Source: Longimicrobiales bacterium
Lineage (GTDB): Bacteria > Gemmatimonadota > Gemmatimonadetes > Longimicrobiales > Gaopeijiaceae
Reading direction: 5' to 3'
Length of the DNA stretch: 64,000 nt
NCBI GenBank assembly: GCA_963664435.2
Contig: CAXXKM010000001.1
Location: 1,216,001-1,280,000, forward strand
The notes under the pieces are model-generated. The model made no database searches. It was not told the DNA's origin and saw only the letters and a program-made list of their open reading frames with translations. Positions 36,551 through 45,490 of the stretch are shown in pieces. Numbering within the stretch: position 1 is the first letter of the stretch; every line of letters starts with the position of its first letter. Both the position numbers and the translations under genes were made by a program.

Positions 36551-37921
36551 TCATCGGGTGATCGCTCCGTAGGGCCGCCCGGCGCGCATGGCCGCGTAGG
36601 GCACCAGCCGTCGGGCGGCCGTCCGGCGCTTGCCTCCGGAGTCCACGAGCTCGTAGTCACCCTCCACCATCTGGAAGACGGAGAGGTCGGCGATCGCGCC
36701 CTCGCGCAGCGTTCCCAGCTCCTCGCCGAAGTCGAAGATGCCGGCGGGGGTGGAGGTCGCGCAGCGGATCACATCCTCCAGGGACATCCCCATGTGCAGG
36801 AACTTGGTCAGGGTCGTCGGGAGGCCGAACACGGGGCCGAGTGCGTTGCCGCGGTGCACGTCGCTGGAGATGGCGGCGAGCGGGATGCCCTGGCCGAGGG
36901 CGCGCTCGGCGACGTCGAAGTCCAGGTTGCCGCGGCCGTGGCCGATGTCCAGGTGGACGCCGCGCTCGACCGCCTCCAGCACCTCCGGGTAGACGTTGCC
37001 GAAATCGTCGAGGATGCTCCCGCTGCGGCGCAGGGCGTGGGTCACCACGTCCCCCGGACGGAGCATCTCCAGGATGCGCGCGAGGGGGGAGGTCTGGCCG
37101 CCAATATGCACCATGATGGGCACGCCGGCGCCCTCCGCGGCCAGGCGGGTGAGGCGCATGACCTCGATGTCGTTGCCGCCCGGGATTCCGGCCAGCATGC
37201 GCACCTTGAGGCCCACGATCACGTCCCGGTTGGCCTCCACGGTCGCAACGATGGCGTCCGGGTCGATGTACGCAAGGTCGGCCAGCTCGTTGGAGATGGT
37301 CATGCCCGGGCTGGACACGTTGAGGAGGGCGTACACGCGCGTCCGCGCGGGCGCCGCCACGTAGGTCCTGAAGCCGGGGAAGGTGGTGGCGCCCGACGAG
37401 CCGGCGTCGATGACGGTGGTGACCCCCTTGGCGATCCCGACCACGTCCGGCTCGATGGAAACGCCCGAAACGCCGTCGTAGACGTGCGCGTGGATGTCGA
37501 TCAGGCCCGGAGTGACGATCATCCCGTGCGCGCGCACCACCTGGCGGCCCTCGCTCTCGGCGATCCGTTCGGCCACGCGCGCCACCCGCCCGTCGGTGAT
37601 GCCGATGTCGCGGGGGGCGTCGATCTCCTCCCCCGGGTCGAGGAGCCGGCCGCCCACCACCACCGTGTCGAACTGGCGCTCCTGCCGTGACCGCAGGGGG
37701 AACGGTAGCGCCAGCGCGAGCCCCGCGCCCGCGGCGCCGGCGACGAACTGGCGGCGGGTGGTGGAGCCGGAGAAAGAGAGCGCCGATGCCCGGAACGCTC
37801 CCTTGATTGCGGTAGTGTCGTCGCGTGCGGCAGTGCAGCCGGGTCGACGGGACGAGCGAACGCGGAACGATCCTATGGTCGTCGATCGCTCTCCGGGTTT
37901 GGTCGAGTCGCCCACTCTCAT
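36551..37921 (-). CDS. Amidohydrolase/deacetylase-family metallohydrolase (dihydroorotase-like) with Tat-like signal; start uncertain
   Basis: PGLIDIHAH, GVTTVIDAGSSG, GLKVR, MVHIG, DIGHG, ISSDVH; TRRQFVAG. Confidence 0.82.
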   Translation of the reverse strand: MRVGDSTKPGERSTTIGSFRVRSSRRPGCTAARDDTTAIKGAFRASALSFSGSTTRRQFVAGAAGAGLALALPFPLRSRQERQFDTVVVGGRLLDPGEEIDAPRDIGITDGRVARVAERIAESEGRQVVRAHGMIVTPGLIDIHAHVYDGVSGVSIEPDVVGIAKGVTTVIDAGSSGATTFPGFRTYVAAPARTRVYALLNVSSPGMTISNELADLAYIDPDAIVATVEANRDVIVGLKVRMLAGIPGGNDIEVMRLTRLAAEGAGVPIMVHIGGQTSPLARILEMLRPGDVVTHALRRSGSILDDFGNVYPEVLEAVERGVHLDIGHGRGNLDFDVAERALGQGIPLAAISSDVHRGNALGPVFGLPTTLTKFLHMGMSLEDVIRCATSTPAGIFDFGEELGTLREGAIADLSVFQMVEGDYELVDSGGKRRTAARRLVPYAAMRAGRPYGAITR

Positions 37922-38085
37922 TTCCCGTGTCCGGCGCAGCGGCCATCACGCACCGCGTGGCCCTCCTCTCTTGCTCGACACCTGTTCAGTGCTTGTTCGA
38001 CATCCAGGCAATATACGCGAAGCGGCTGCCGAAAGCCCGAAGGCTCCCGGCAGCCGCCGTCCAACTTGTCCCCTCAGGGGATCGA

Positions 38086-39450
38086 TCAGCCGCCGCCCAA
38101 CTGGGGAACGTTCTCGTTGCGCTCGCGCTCCGAATCGGGAACGTCGAAGCAGAGGCGCGCCTGGCCGTTGACGATGGTGCCGCGCGGGTTGTCGGTGAAG
38201 ATATAGGAGATGCGCTCGAAGTCGGGCAGTTCGACGTCGCCGGGCGTGTTGTTCTCCGCCCAGCGCCGCTGGTCGCCCAGCGTGCGCGCTTCCAGGAAAA
38301 GCTCGATCCCACGCTCGCGCTTGAGGCGCGTCCAGGCCTCCTCAAGACTGTTGGCCTCCCAGGGCGCCAGCGGCGTTCCGCCTGGGTGCAGCATGGTCTC
38401 GTTGGTGGTATAGGTGGCCCGCAGGCTGTTGATCGTGGTCATCGCCGCCTGCCAGTTGCCGTTCGTCAACTGGGCTTCGGCCTCGATGAGCCGCATCTCC
38501 CGGCCGCTGGCAACGTTGTACGAGTCGTTGGGGTCGTCGTACTTGTTCTGGTTGAACCAGGGAGTCTGGCCGTATCCCAGCAGGGAAGCATTGGACCACG
38601 GGAAGTTGGGATCCTCGAACCACTCCATGCGGGGGTCCCCGGTCTCCTGGTAGTAGCCGGACGCGCGCATGGGAGCGCCGCCTGCCGACATGTCCGGCTG
38701 CGGTCCGTAGTAGGTGTTCCACATGGTGAATGCCAAGTAGGGCGTCCTCGCGTTGGCCCACTGCGGGGTGTTGCGCGTTGTTGCTACGTTGGCATCCGAC
38801 GCCACTGCGTACTCGAAACTGTTGGGAACCCCGCCGGCGTCCGCCGCCGCGCCGCCCCAGTCGCCCAGGAAGGCGCGTACCGAGGCCCGGCCCGCCGTGG
38901 CCGCCATCCTCAGGGTCTCGTTGGGATTGAGGGCCAGGGCAGCGCTGAACTGTTCCTCGGCCCGCCGCAGGTAGTCCGATCCGGGAAGCAGCCCCGAACC
39001 GTTGATGACGGCCTCGCACCAGTTCTCCCCCAGAAGCCGGTTCGAGAACCCGGCCCAGACGTTGGCCTGAGCGACGACGTTGTTATCGACATCCTGGTCT
39101 GCGAACAGTTCGAGGGCGGTCTCGGCGATGAAGCGTGCCTGCTGGGCGTCATTGAAGTAGCCGGCGAAGCCGCCGGGCTGGATGTATCCGCCCTGTGCGT
39201 TCACGCTGTGCCCGTAGGAACCGGTCTGCCCGCCGGGCATGATCTGACGGGTGACGAGCGCGCCCGTGTAGCCGATCCAGCCGATGCCCTCGCTCAGGCG
39301 GCGCTGCGAACCGTTGACCAGTCCCTCGCGGGACTCCTCCTCCACCAGGAACTCGTCCTGGATGGGACCGGGGTTGATGACCTCACACGCGGCGACGCCC
39401 ACGATGGTCGCCACCAGGGTTGCGCTTCTGATTGCGTTCTTTGCGTTCAT
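38086..39450 (-). CDS. SusD/RagB-like lipoprotein
   Basis: Lipobox VAAC, EMRLIEAEA, ERGIELFLEARTLGDQRR, CFDVPDSERERN. Confidence 0.85.
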   Translation of the reverse strand: MNAKNAIRSATLVATIVGVAACEVINPGPIQDEFLVEEESREGLVNGSQRRLSEGIGWIGYTGALVTRQIMPGGQTGSYGHSVNAQGGYIQPGGFAGYFNDAQQARFIAETALELFADQDVDNNVVAQANVWAGFSNRLLGENWCEAVINGSGLLPGSDYLRRAEEQFSAALALNPNETLRMAATAGRASVRAFLGDWGGAAADAGGVPNSFEYAVASDANVATTRNTPQWANARTPYLAFTMWNTYYGPQPDMSAGGAPMRASGYYQETGDPRMEWFEDPNFPWSNASLLGYGQTPWFNQNKYDDPNDSYNVASGREMRLIEAEAQLTNGNWQAAMTTINSLRATYTTNETMLHPGGTPLAPWEANSLEEAWTRLKRERGIELFLEARTLGDQRRWAENNTPGDVELPDFERISYIFTDNPRGTIVNGQARLCFDVPDSERERNENVPQLGGG

Positions 39451-39462
39451 TTTGCCCTCCCC

Positions 39463-42453
39463 TTAGAAAGAGATCCGGAGGGACGCATGCAACGTAATCG
39501 GCGCCGGCACGGATTCCTCGAAGCCGTAGCCTCCCTGATTCTGATTGCTGTAGTCATTGGCGCCCTGATCGCCGGTCAGCTCAGGGTCCATGTACGGCAT
39601 CTCGAGCATCCAGAGGTACGAGTTGCGCAGCGCGAGCGTGAAGGTCGCGTTGCTCACCCGCTCGGGGAAGACGGCGTCCACCGGAATGGTGGCGCTCACG
39701 GTGCGCAGCTTGAAGAAATCCCCTTTCCACATGTAGCCCTCGCCCTCGCGGGGGTTGCAGCGGGCACGGTACAGGGCTGGGGTATCGGTCCTGAGCTCGA
39801 CCGAGTTCTGCCAGTCCACGTACCAGGGATAGCACAGGTGCGAGCGGACGCTCCGGCTGATGGACCACACGGCCTCGTTCATGTAGAAGCCGCCCTTGAA
39901 CTCGCCAGCCGCGGAGAGGGTAATGTTGCCCGGCGTCCGGACCGTCAGGTTCCCGCTGATGAAGTGGGTGGGCAGGTTGGGGCCGTAGTTGTGCGCGTCC
40001 CGGTCGAAGTTGGCTTGAGTCTCGGAGCATACCTCCGGTCCCGGACAGTAGTCGGGAGCCGCGATCTCGTCCGGATTCTGCACCAACAGGTCGCGCATGT
40101 TGCGCAGCGGACAGCCCTCGTCCCCGTTCGGTCCACAGTCCATCCGTAACGAGTTGGTCCAGGGAATCCCGAGCTCGAGCACCTTGGAGTTGTTGGTGGT
40201 CAGCGAGCCGCCGATGTCCACGCCCCAGGTTCGGGTGTCGAGCAGCGTTGCACCCAACTCGAGCTCGATACCCTGGTTCTGGATCCTGCCGACGTTGGTG
40301 AGCTGGCTGTTGGTGAACCCGTTCGAAGGGATCTGGGGAACGTTCAGGAGCGCGTCCCTGGTGATCTGGCGGTAGAAGGTGAAGTTGGTGGTGAGGCGGT
40401 CTCCCAGCCACGACGCGTCGAATCCGCCTTCGATCTCCTCCGTGACCTCGGGACCGACCTGATCGTTGCCTACGTTTTCGGGCACGAACGCGGGCACGCC
40501 AGCCAGCCCCGCCGGGTCCCAGGTGCGCACGGCGTCGAAGGCGCCCGGGGCGCGTCCCGACTGGCCAAAGGCGGCGCGCAGCTTGAACTCGCCCAGATCT
40601 GGCCAGAAGGCCTCATCCGAGATGATCCAGGACCCGCTTAGTTTCGGGTACACCTGCAGGCCGAAGCCCTTGCCGAAGGCGCTGTTACCGTCCACGCGCG
40701 TCCCCACGGTGATGAAGTAACGGTCGGCAATGTCGAAGACGTTCTGGAAGAAGAAACCGGCGTTCCAGATCTTGGAACGCACCTCGAACGCCTGGGTGAC
40801 GGCGGCGGAAGTGAGGGTGGGGTCGGCGGCGCCGGGGAAGTTCTCGCCGAAGCCTTCCACCATGCGGTCGTCGTCACCAATCGCCTGGCCGCCCCAGGAG
40901 AAGCTTGAGCCTATGGAGGAGGTCAGGTCAAAGCTATAGGTGCCCACGTAGTCGAAGGAGAGCACGCGGTTCTGGAAGGTGTTGTTGAGAAGCGACCCTT
41001 CCGGTACCTGCCGCCACGCGTAGGGGCGCAGATTGCGGTGCTCCTGATTTGTCCAGTCGTAACCCACGGTGAACCGGTTGGTCATCCGGTCCAGAGGCTC
41101 ATAGGTGATGGTCGCGCCGGTAGTGAGCCGCTCGACATCCTGGTCAAGCTGCTGGTCCATCAACTCGTTGAGCACCGCGGGGTCCCCGGTGCCGAAGTAG
41201 TTCCGCTCGGCCCGGAAGGCGTTGAGGGTGATGCCCTGGGCGTTGTTCTGCCCGTTGGTCATCGTGAGGATGTTGTTCGCGTACGCAGTGTTCCACTGGA
41301 CGGTGAGGTTGTTCGCGGGCGTGAAGGTGAAGTTCGCACGCGTGTGGTACTTCTTCTGGCTGTCGTTGGTCACATAGCCCTGCTCACCCAGGAAGCCGCC
41401 GGAGACGAAATACTGCAGGTCCTGTCGGCCCCCGCGCACTGAAAGCGAGTAGTCCGTGGTGAACGGCGAGCCCGGATGGTGCTCGCCACAGGACAACGGC
41501 CCGGTGCAGAGCCAGGGACCCATGTTGATGTACGGATCGGCGTTGGGGACATCCACGCCGAACTGGCGGCTCCATTGGCTTCCGGCCTTCACCTCGGCCG
41601 TCCAGACCGGAGCCCCGGCGGCACCTCTCTTGGTGAACACCTGGATGACGCCGGCGGACGCCTCGGTGCCGTACAGCGTGGTCGCCGCGGAGCCCTTGAT
41701 CACCTCGATGCGCTCGATGTCGGCCGGGTTGATGTTGTCGAGCGGGCTGACGGCGATGTTGCCGCTGCGTCCGCCCCGCCGATCCGGCGGGTTGATGTCC
41801 GGCAGCGGGTCGCTCCGCATGCGCACCCCGTCGATGTAGACGAGCGGGTGGTTGGAGAGGGACTGGCTGCTCTGGCCGCGCAGGCGAATGATCTTCGCCT
41901 GGCCCGTGCCGCCACCGCCGTAGACCTCCAGCCCAGGCGCCTGCGACTGCAGGAGGTCGGAGACCAGCACGGGACGGTCGGGAACCTCGGCGACGTTGAT
42001 CTGGGCGATGGTGTTGCCGATCTCGCGCTGGCGCGCCGCCCCGGCCGTACCGGTCACGACGATCTCGTCGAGGCCGAGCGCCTCCTCGGTCAGGGTGAAG
42101 TCCTGCACCAGGGTCTCGCCGGCGGCCACAGTGATCTGCGCGGTGGCCGAGCCCAGGCCGATGCGCTCCGCGCGCATCTCATAGGTGCCCGGTGGCACGT
42201 TGAGCAGCACGTAGCGCCCGTTCTGGCGGGTGAGGCTTCCAACGCCGGTGTCGGTGAGGAAGATCTGGACCTCGCCGAGCGGTGCTCCGGAACCCTCCAT
42301 GGTGACCTGGCCGGTGACCCGGCCCGGGTCCTGCGCCATCGCGGGAAGCGCCGAGATCAGCGCGGCGGCCACGAGCACCACGGCCGAAAGCGCGATCCGA
42401 CGCCCACCTGGCGACCGGTTCCTGGTTGAACTCGCGAACCTTCGATGCATCAT
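39463..42453 (-). CDS. SusC/RagA-like TonB-dependent transporter
   Basis: LDEIVVTGT, DIERIEVIKGSAATTLYG, GVIQVFTKRG, RVDGNSAFG, terminal F. Confidence 0.9.
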   Translation of the reverse strand: MMHRRFASSTRNRSPGGRRIALSAVVLVAAALISALPAMAQDPGRVTGQVTMEGSGAPLGEVQIFLTDTGVGSLTRQNGRYVLLNVPPGTYEMRAERIGLGSATAQITVAAGETLVQDFTLTEEALGLDEIVVTGTAGAARQREIGNTIAQINVAEVPDRPVLVSDLLQSQAPGLEVYGGGGTGQAKIIRLRGQSSQSLSNHPLVYIDGVRMRSDPLPDINPPDRRGGRSGNIAVSPLDNINPADIERIEVIKGSAATTLYGTEASAGVIQVFTKRGAAGAPVWTAEVKAGSQWSRQFGVDVPNADPYINMGPWLCTGPLSCGEHHPGSPFTTDYSLSVRGGRQDLQYFVSGGFLGEQGYVTNDSQKKYHTRANFTFTPANNLTVQWNTAYANNILTMTNGQNNAQGITLNAFRAERNYFGTGDPAVLNELMDQQLDQDVERLTTGATITYEPLDRMTNRFTVGYDWTNQEHRNLRPYAWRQVPEGSLLNNTFQNRVLSFDYVGTYSFDLTSSIGSSFSWGGQAIGDDDRMVEGFGENFPGAADPTLTSAAVTQAFEVRSKIWNAGFFFQNVFDIADRYFITVGTRVDGNSAFGKGFGLQVYPKLSGSWIISDEAFWPDLGEFKLRAAFGQSGRAPGAFDAVRTWDPAGLAGVPAFVPENVGNDQVGPEVTEEIEGGFDASWLGDRLTTNFTFYRQITRDALLNVPQIPSNGFTNSQLTNVGRIQNQGIELELGATLLDTRTWGVDIGGSLTTNNSKVLELGIPWTNSLRMDCGPNGDEGCPLRNMRDLLVQNPDEIAAPDYCPGPEVCSETQANFDRDAHNYGPNLPTHFISGNLTVRTPGNITLSAAGEFKGGFYMNEAVWSISRSVRSHLCYPWYVDWQNSVELRTDTPALYRARCNPREGEGYMWKGDFFKLRTVSATIPVDAVFPERVSNATFTLALRNSYLWMLEMPYMDPELTGDQGANDYSNQNQGGYGFEESVPAPITLHASLRISF

Positions 42454-42557
42454 AACAGCCTCCGATGAAGGGGAACGGTAGTCTGGGCTACAACCTACGA
42501 GATTAGGCGAGTGCGAGCCCTGCCGTCAAGCTCGGGCGGGCTTCCGAAGCGGCCAGG

Positions 42558-43073
42558 TCAATGGGCGAAGCGGAGGGTGAATACGCGGCGTCGGCGATCC
42601 TCCACCGGGTCAAAGGGCGGATTTGCCACGTCGGGTTGGCGGGCGTCGTTAAGGATGAAGACGACGAGCCCGGTGATGGCGGCCGTGGTGGCGCCCACCA
42701 GCAGCCCCGTCTTGGCCTTGCTGAGCTTCTGGCGCTCGATCTGAACGATCTCGCCGGCGGGAACACGGATGTCCTGACCCAGCTGCGAGGTGTGGAAGCC
42801 CACCTGCCGCCGAACGGTGGGGATACGCACATAAAGGTCGGCGTCGGTCCGCCGCACGAATTCGCCGGAGAGCACGGGTTCGAACACGGTGCTCAACGCC
42901 TCCTCGTTGCCGGCCTGGTTGACCGCGTCCACGCCCGCGCGTGTAAGGTACAGCCGCACCGATTCGCCCGGTGGAACCGCGCCGATCTCGGTGGGCACGT
43001 AGTTGAAGCAGCCGGTGGCCGTGGAGAGCACCAGGGCGGCGGCGAGCGTCGGAAGTAGTCGTTTCGGCTTCAT
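42558..43073 (-). CDS. Hypothetical lipoprotein
   Basis: MKPKRLL...TATGC lipobox-like start, C-terminal hydrophobic segment. Confidence 0.65.
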   Translation of the reverse strand: MKPKRLLPTLAAALVLSTATGCFNYVPTEIGAVPPGESVRLYLTRAGVDAVNQAGNEEALSTVFEPVLSGEFVRRTDADLYVRIPTVRRQVGFHTSQLGQDIRVPAGEIVQIERQKLSKAKTGLLVGATTAAITGLVVFILNDARQPDVANPPFDPVEDRRRRVFTLRFAH

Positions 43074-43198
43074 GGGCAGACACTGATGGAGTTTCCGAAT
43101 GTTAATCCTCTCACCATCGGGTCGGCAACGATCGATTCGACGCGGCGCGCGGCCGACAGCGGCGTTGACGGCCCGCATCCGGGCCCCGACAATCCACC

Positions 43199-44245
43199 AT
43201 GCCATCGCTCCAGGAACTGCTCGTCGCCTCCAGCCGCACGTTCGCGGTGGGGATCCGCATCTTGCCCCGGCCGCTACGGCGTGAAGTGACCGTAGCCTAC
43301 CTCCTGTTGCGGGTATCGGACTACCTCGAAGACAACCAGGAGCTGGGCGGCAACGAGAAGGTAGCGCTGCTGGGGAAGTGGCAGAACATCCTCGCGGGGA
43401 ACGGGAAGCGACAGCCGCTGATCGCGCGTCTGCGTGAGGCCCGGGAGGACACTCCGGACGCGCTGGTGGCCCGGCACTCGGCAAACGTGCTCGAAGGACT
43501 GGACGGGCTCGCGCCCCCCGCGAAGGAGATCCTCGTTCGGCGCGTGGGCGAATCGAGCGCCGGGATGGCGCGCTGGACGGAGCGCGGATCGCGCTTCGAG
43601 ACCGAGGCCGATCTCGACGACTACATGCATGAGGTGGCGGGACGCGTGGGGCATCTCCTCACCGAGCTCTTCACGCTGCGGCTCCCGGGGACGAGAAGCG
43701 CGCGGGAGCGGATGATGTCGCTCGGGCAGGAGTTCGGGCTGGCGCTGCAGACGGTGAACGTCATCCGCGGGCTCCACGAGGACCGGGATCGCGGCTGGGT
43801 GTACGTGCCGTCGGCATTCGTCGCCGATCCGGGCATCCACCCGAGCGAGCTCTTCGACCCGGCCAACCAGGACGCGGCCATGGCGGTGCTGGCCCGGTTG
43901 GTGACAAAGGCCGACAGACACCTTGCCGCCGCCCGGGCCTACATCCGGCTGATCCCGAGGCGCTATCACCGGGTGCGCCTGTTCTGCCTGCTCCCGCTGC
44001 TGTTCGCGGTGCGTACGCTGGCGATCAGCCGGGCCAACCCGGATGTTCTCAACCGGGAAACCAAGATGACGCGCCGCGAGGTCAGAGCCATCACCCGCCG
44101 GGCCATGCTGCTGGGTTTCTCGAATGGATGGATCGAACGCTACTGCAAGCGGTTGGCGTCCGTGCCGGCCAGGCGGAATGGAGAACCCGCCCACTTGGCC
44201 GCGCACCGGGCTCCACCCGCCCCGCAACGGATATCGAATCCATGA
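43199..44245 (+). CDS. Squalene/phytoene synthase family protein
   Basis: SRTF, YLLLRVSDYLED, YMHEVAGRVG, FGLALQTVNVIRG..ED..RG.VYVP. Confidence 0.85.
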   Translation: MPSLQELLVASSRTFAVGIRILPRPLRREVTVAYLLLRVSDYLEDNQELGGNEKVALLGKWQNILAGNGKRQPLIARLREAREDTPDALVARHSANVLEGLDGLAPPAKEILVRRVGESSAGMARWTERGSRFETEADLDDYMHEVAGRVGHLLTELFTLRLPGTRSARERMMSLGQEFGLALQTVNVIRGLHEDRDRGWVYVPSAFVADPGIHPSELFDPANQDAAMAVLARLVTKADRHLAAARAYIRLIPRRYHRVRLFCLLPLLFAVRTLAISRANPDVLNRETKMTRREVRAITRRAMLLGFSNGWIERYCKRLASVPARRNGEPAHLAAHRAPPAPQRISNP

Positions 44246-45393
44246 AGCCTCTCGCGTCCTTCCGCGAGGAGTTCCCCGTCTCCCGGACCCACATCTTCCT
44301 GAACCACGCGGGCGTGGCGCCCACCTCGACGCGCGTGGTTCGAGCCGTGCACGCGTTCATGGACTCGATCGCGCGCGAAGGCCGGCCCGACTTCGATGCC
44401 TGGGAATCGGTGGCGCAGGACTGCCGGGAACGTTTCGCGCGCCTGGTCGGGTGCGAGGCGGACGAGGTCGCCTTCGTGCGCAACACTTCGCACGGGCTGT
44501 CGCTGCTCGCGTCGGGGCTGGACTGGCGGCCCGGGGACCGCGTTGCGGCGGCGGCCTCGGTGGAGTACCCCTCCAACGTCTACCCCTGGATGGACCTGGA
44601 CCGGCGGGGGGTCGCGGCGCTCGACGTGATCCGCGTGCACGGCGATGGGACGGTGACGGTGGAGGCGGCGGAGCGGGCGCTCGGTCCCGACACCCGCGTG
44701 CTGGCGGTCAGTTCGGCCCAGTACGCCACCGGCGCGGTCACGGATCTCGCAGGGTTGGGGCGGCTGTGCCGGGAACGCGGGGTGCTCCTGTGCGTCGACG
44801 GGATCCAGACGGTGGGCGCCCTGCCCATCGACGTGAAGAAGGCGGGGGTCCACTTCCTGTCCGCGGACAGCCACAAGTGGATGCTCGGCATGATGGGCAT
44901 CGGCGCAGTCTTCGTGGACAGGTCCGTCGTGCGGAACATTCATCCGCCGCTGCTCGGCTGGCGCAGCACGACGGACGCATTCAATTTCGACAGGGTCCAC
45001 TTCGAGCTGCTGGACCACGCGGGGCGCTACGAGGAGGGGAGCCTCGCGTATCCGCTGATCGCCGGCTTCGGCGCAACCCTCGAGCTTCTCGAGGAAGCTG
45101 GAGTTCCCGCCATCGCCGAGCACGTGTGCGCGCTGGTGGCCGATCTCGCCGGGCGCCTGGAGCGCCTCGGCTGCGTCACGACGCCCGACGGGAGGAGCCG
45201 GCGGCACATTCTGACCTTCCGCCACCCCGACCTCGACAACGACACGCTGCTCGCGGGACTCGAAGGAGCCGGCGTGGTCGCGTCGCTCCGGCGGGATCGC
45301 ATTCGGGTGGCGCCGCACCTCTACAACACCCACGGAGAAATGAGACGGGTGGCCGACGCCGTGGGCGCGTTGCTCCCAGCCAGCGCAGGATAG
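44242..45393 (+). CDS. Class V PLP-dependent aminotransferase-fold enzyme
   Basis: ATGA coupling, FLNHAG, NTSHG, VDGIQ, DSHKW, RVAPHLYN. Confidence 0.85.
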   Translation: MKPLASFREEFPVSRTHIFLNHAGVAPTSTRVVRAVHAFMDSIAREGRPDFDAWESVAQDCRERFARLVGCEADEVAFVRNTSHGLSLLASGLDWRPGDRVAAAASVEYPSNVYPWMDLDRRGVAALDVIRVHGDGTVTVEAAERALGPDTRVLAVSSAQYATGAVTDLAGLGRLCRERGVLLCVDGIQTVGALPIDVKKAGVHFLSADSHKWMLGMMGIGAVFVDRSVVRNIHPPLLGWRSTTDAFNFDRVHFELLDHAGRYEEGSLAYPLIAGFGATLELLEEAGVPAIAEHVCALVADLAGRLERLGCVTTPDGRSRRHILTFRHPDLDNDTLLAGLEGAGVVASLRRDRIRVAPHLYNTHGEMRRVADAVGALLPASAG

Positions 45394-45490
45394 CCACGGG
45401 ACAAGCAGACGAGCATCGAGATATGGAGACAAGTACCCCGGGGAGAAACCGGGTACCGCAGGGAAAGCGAGCTTCGGGGAGGACCCAGCC

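Noticed and set aside
44242..45393. Calling the class V enzyme a cysteine desulfurase/selenocysteine lyase partner of selD
   Set aside because: No catalytic Cys motif is visible and it lies 10 kb away in a different transcription unit.
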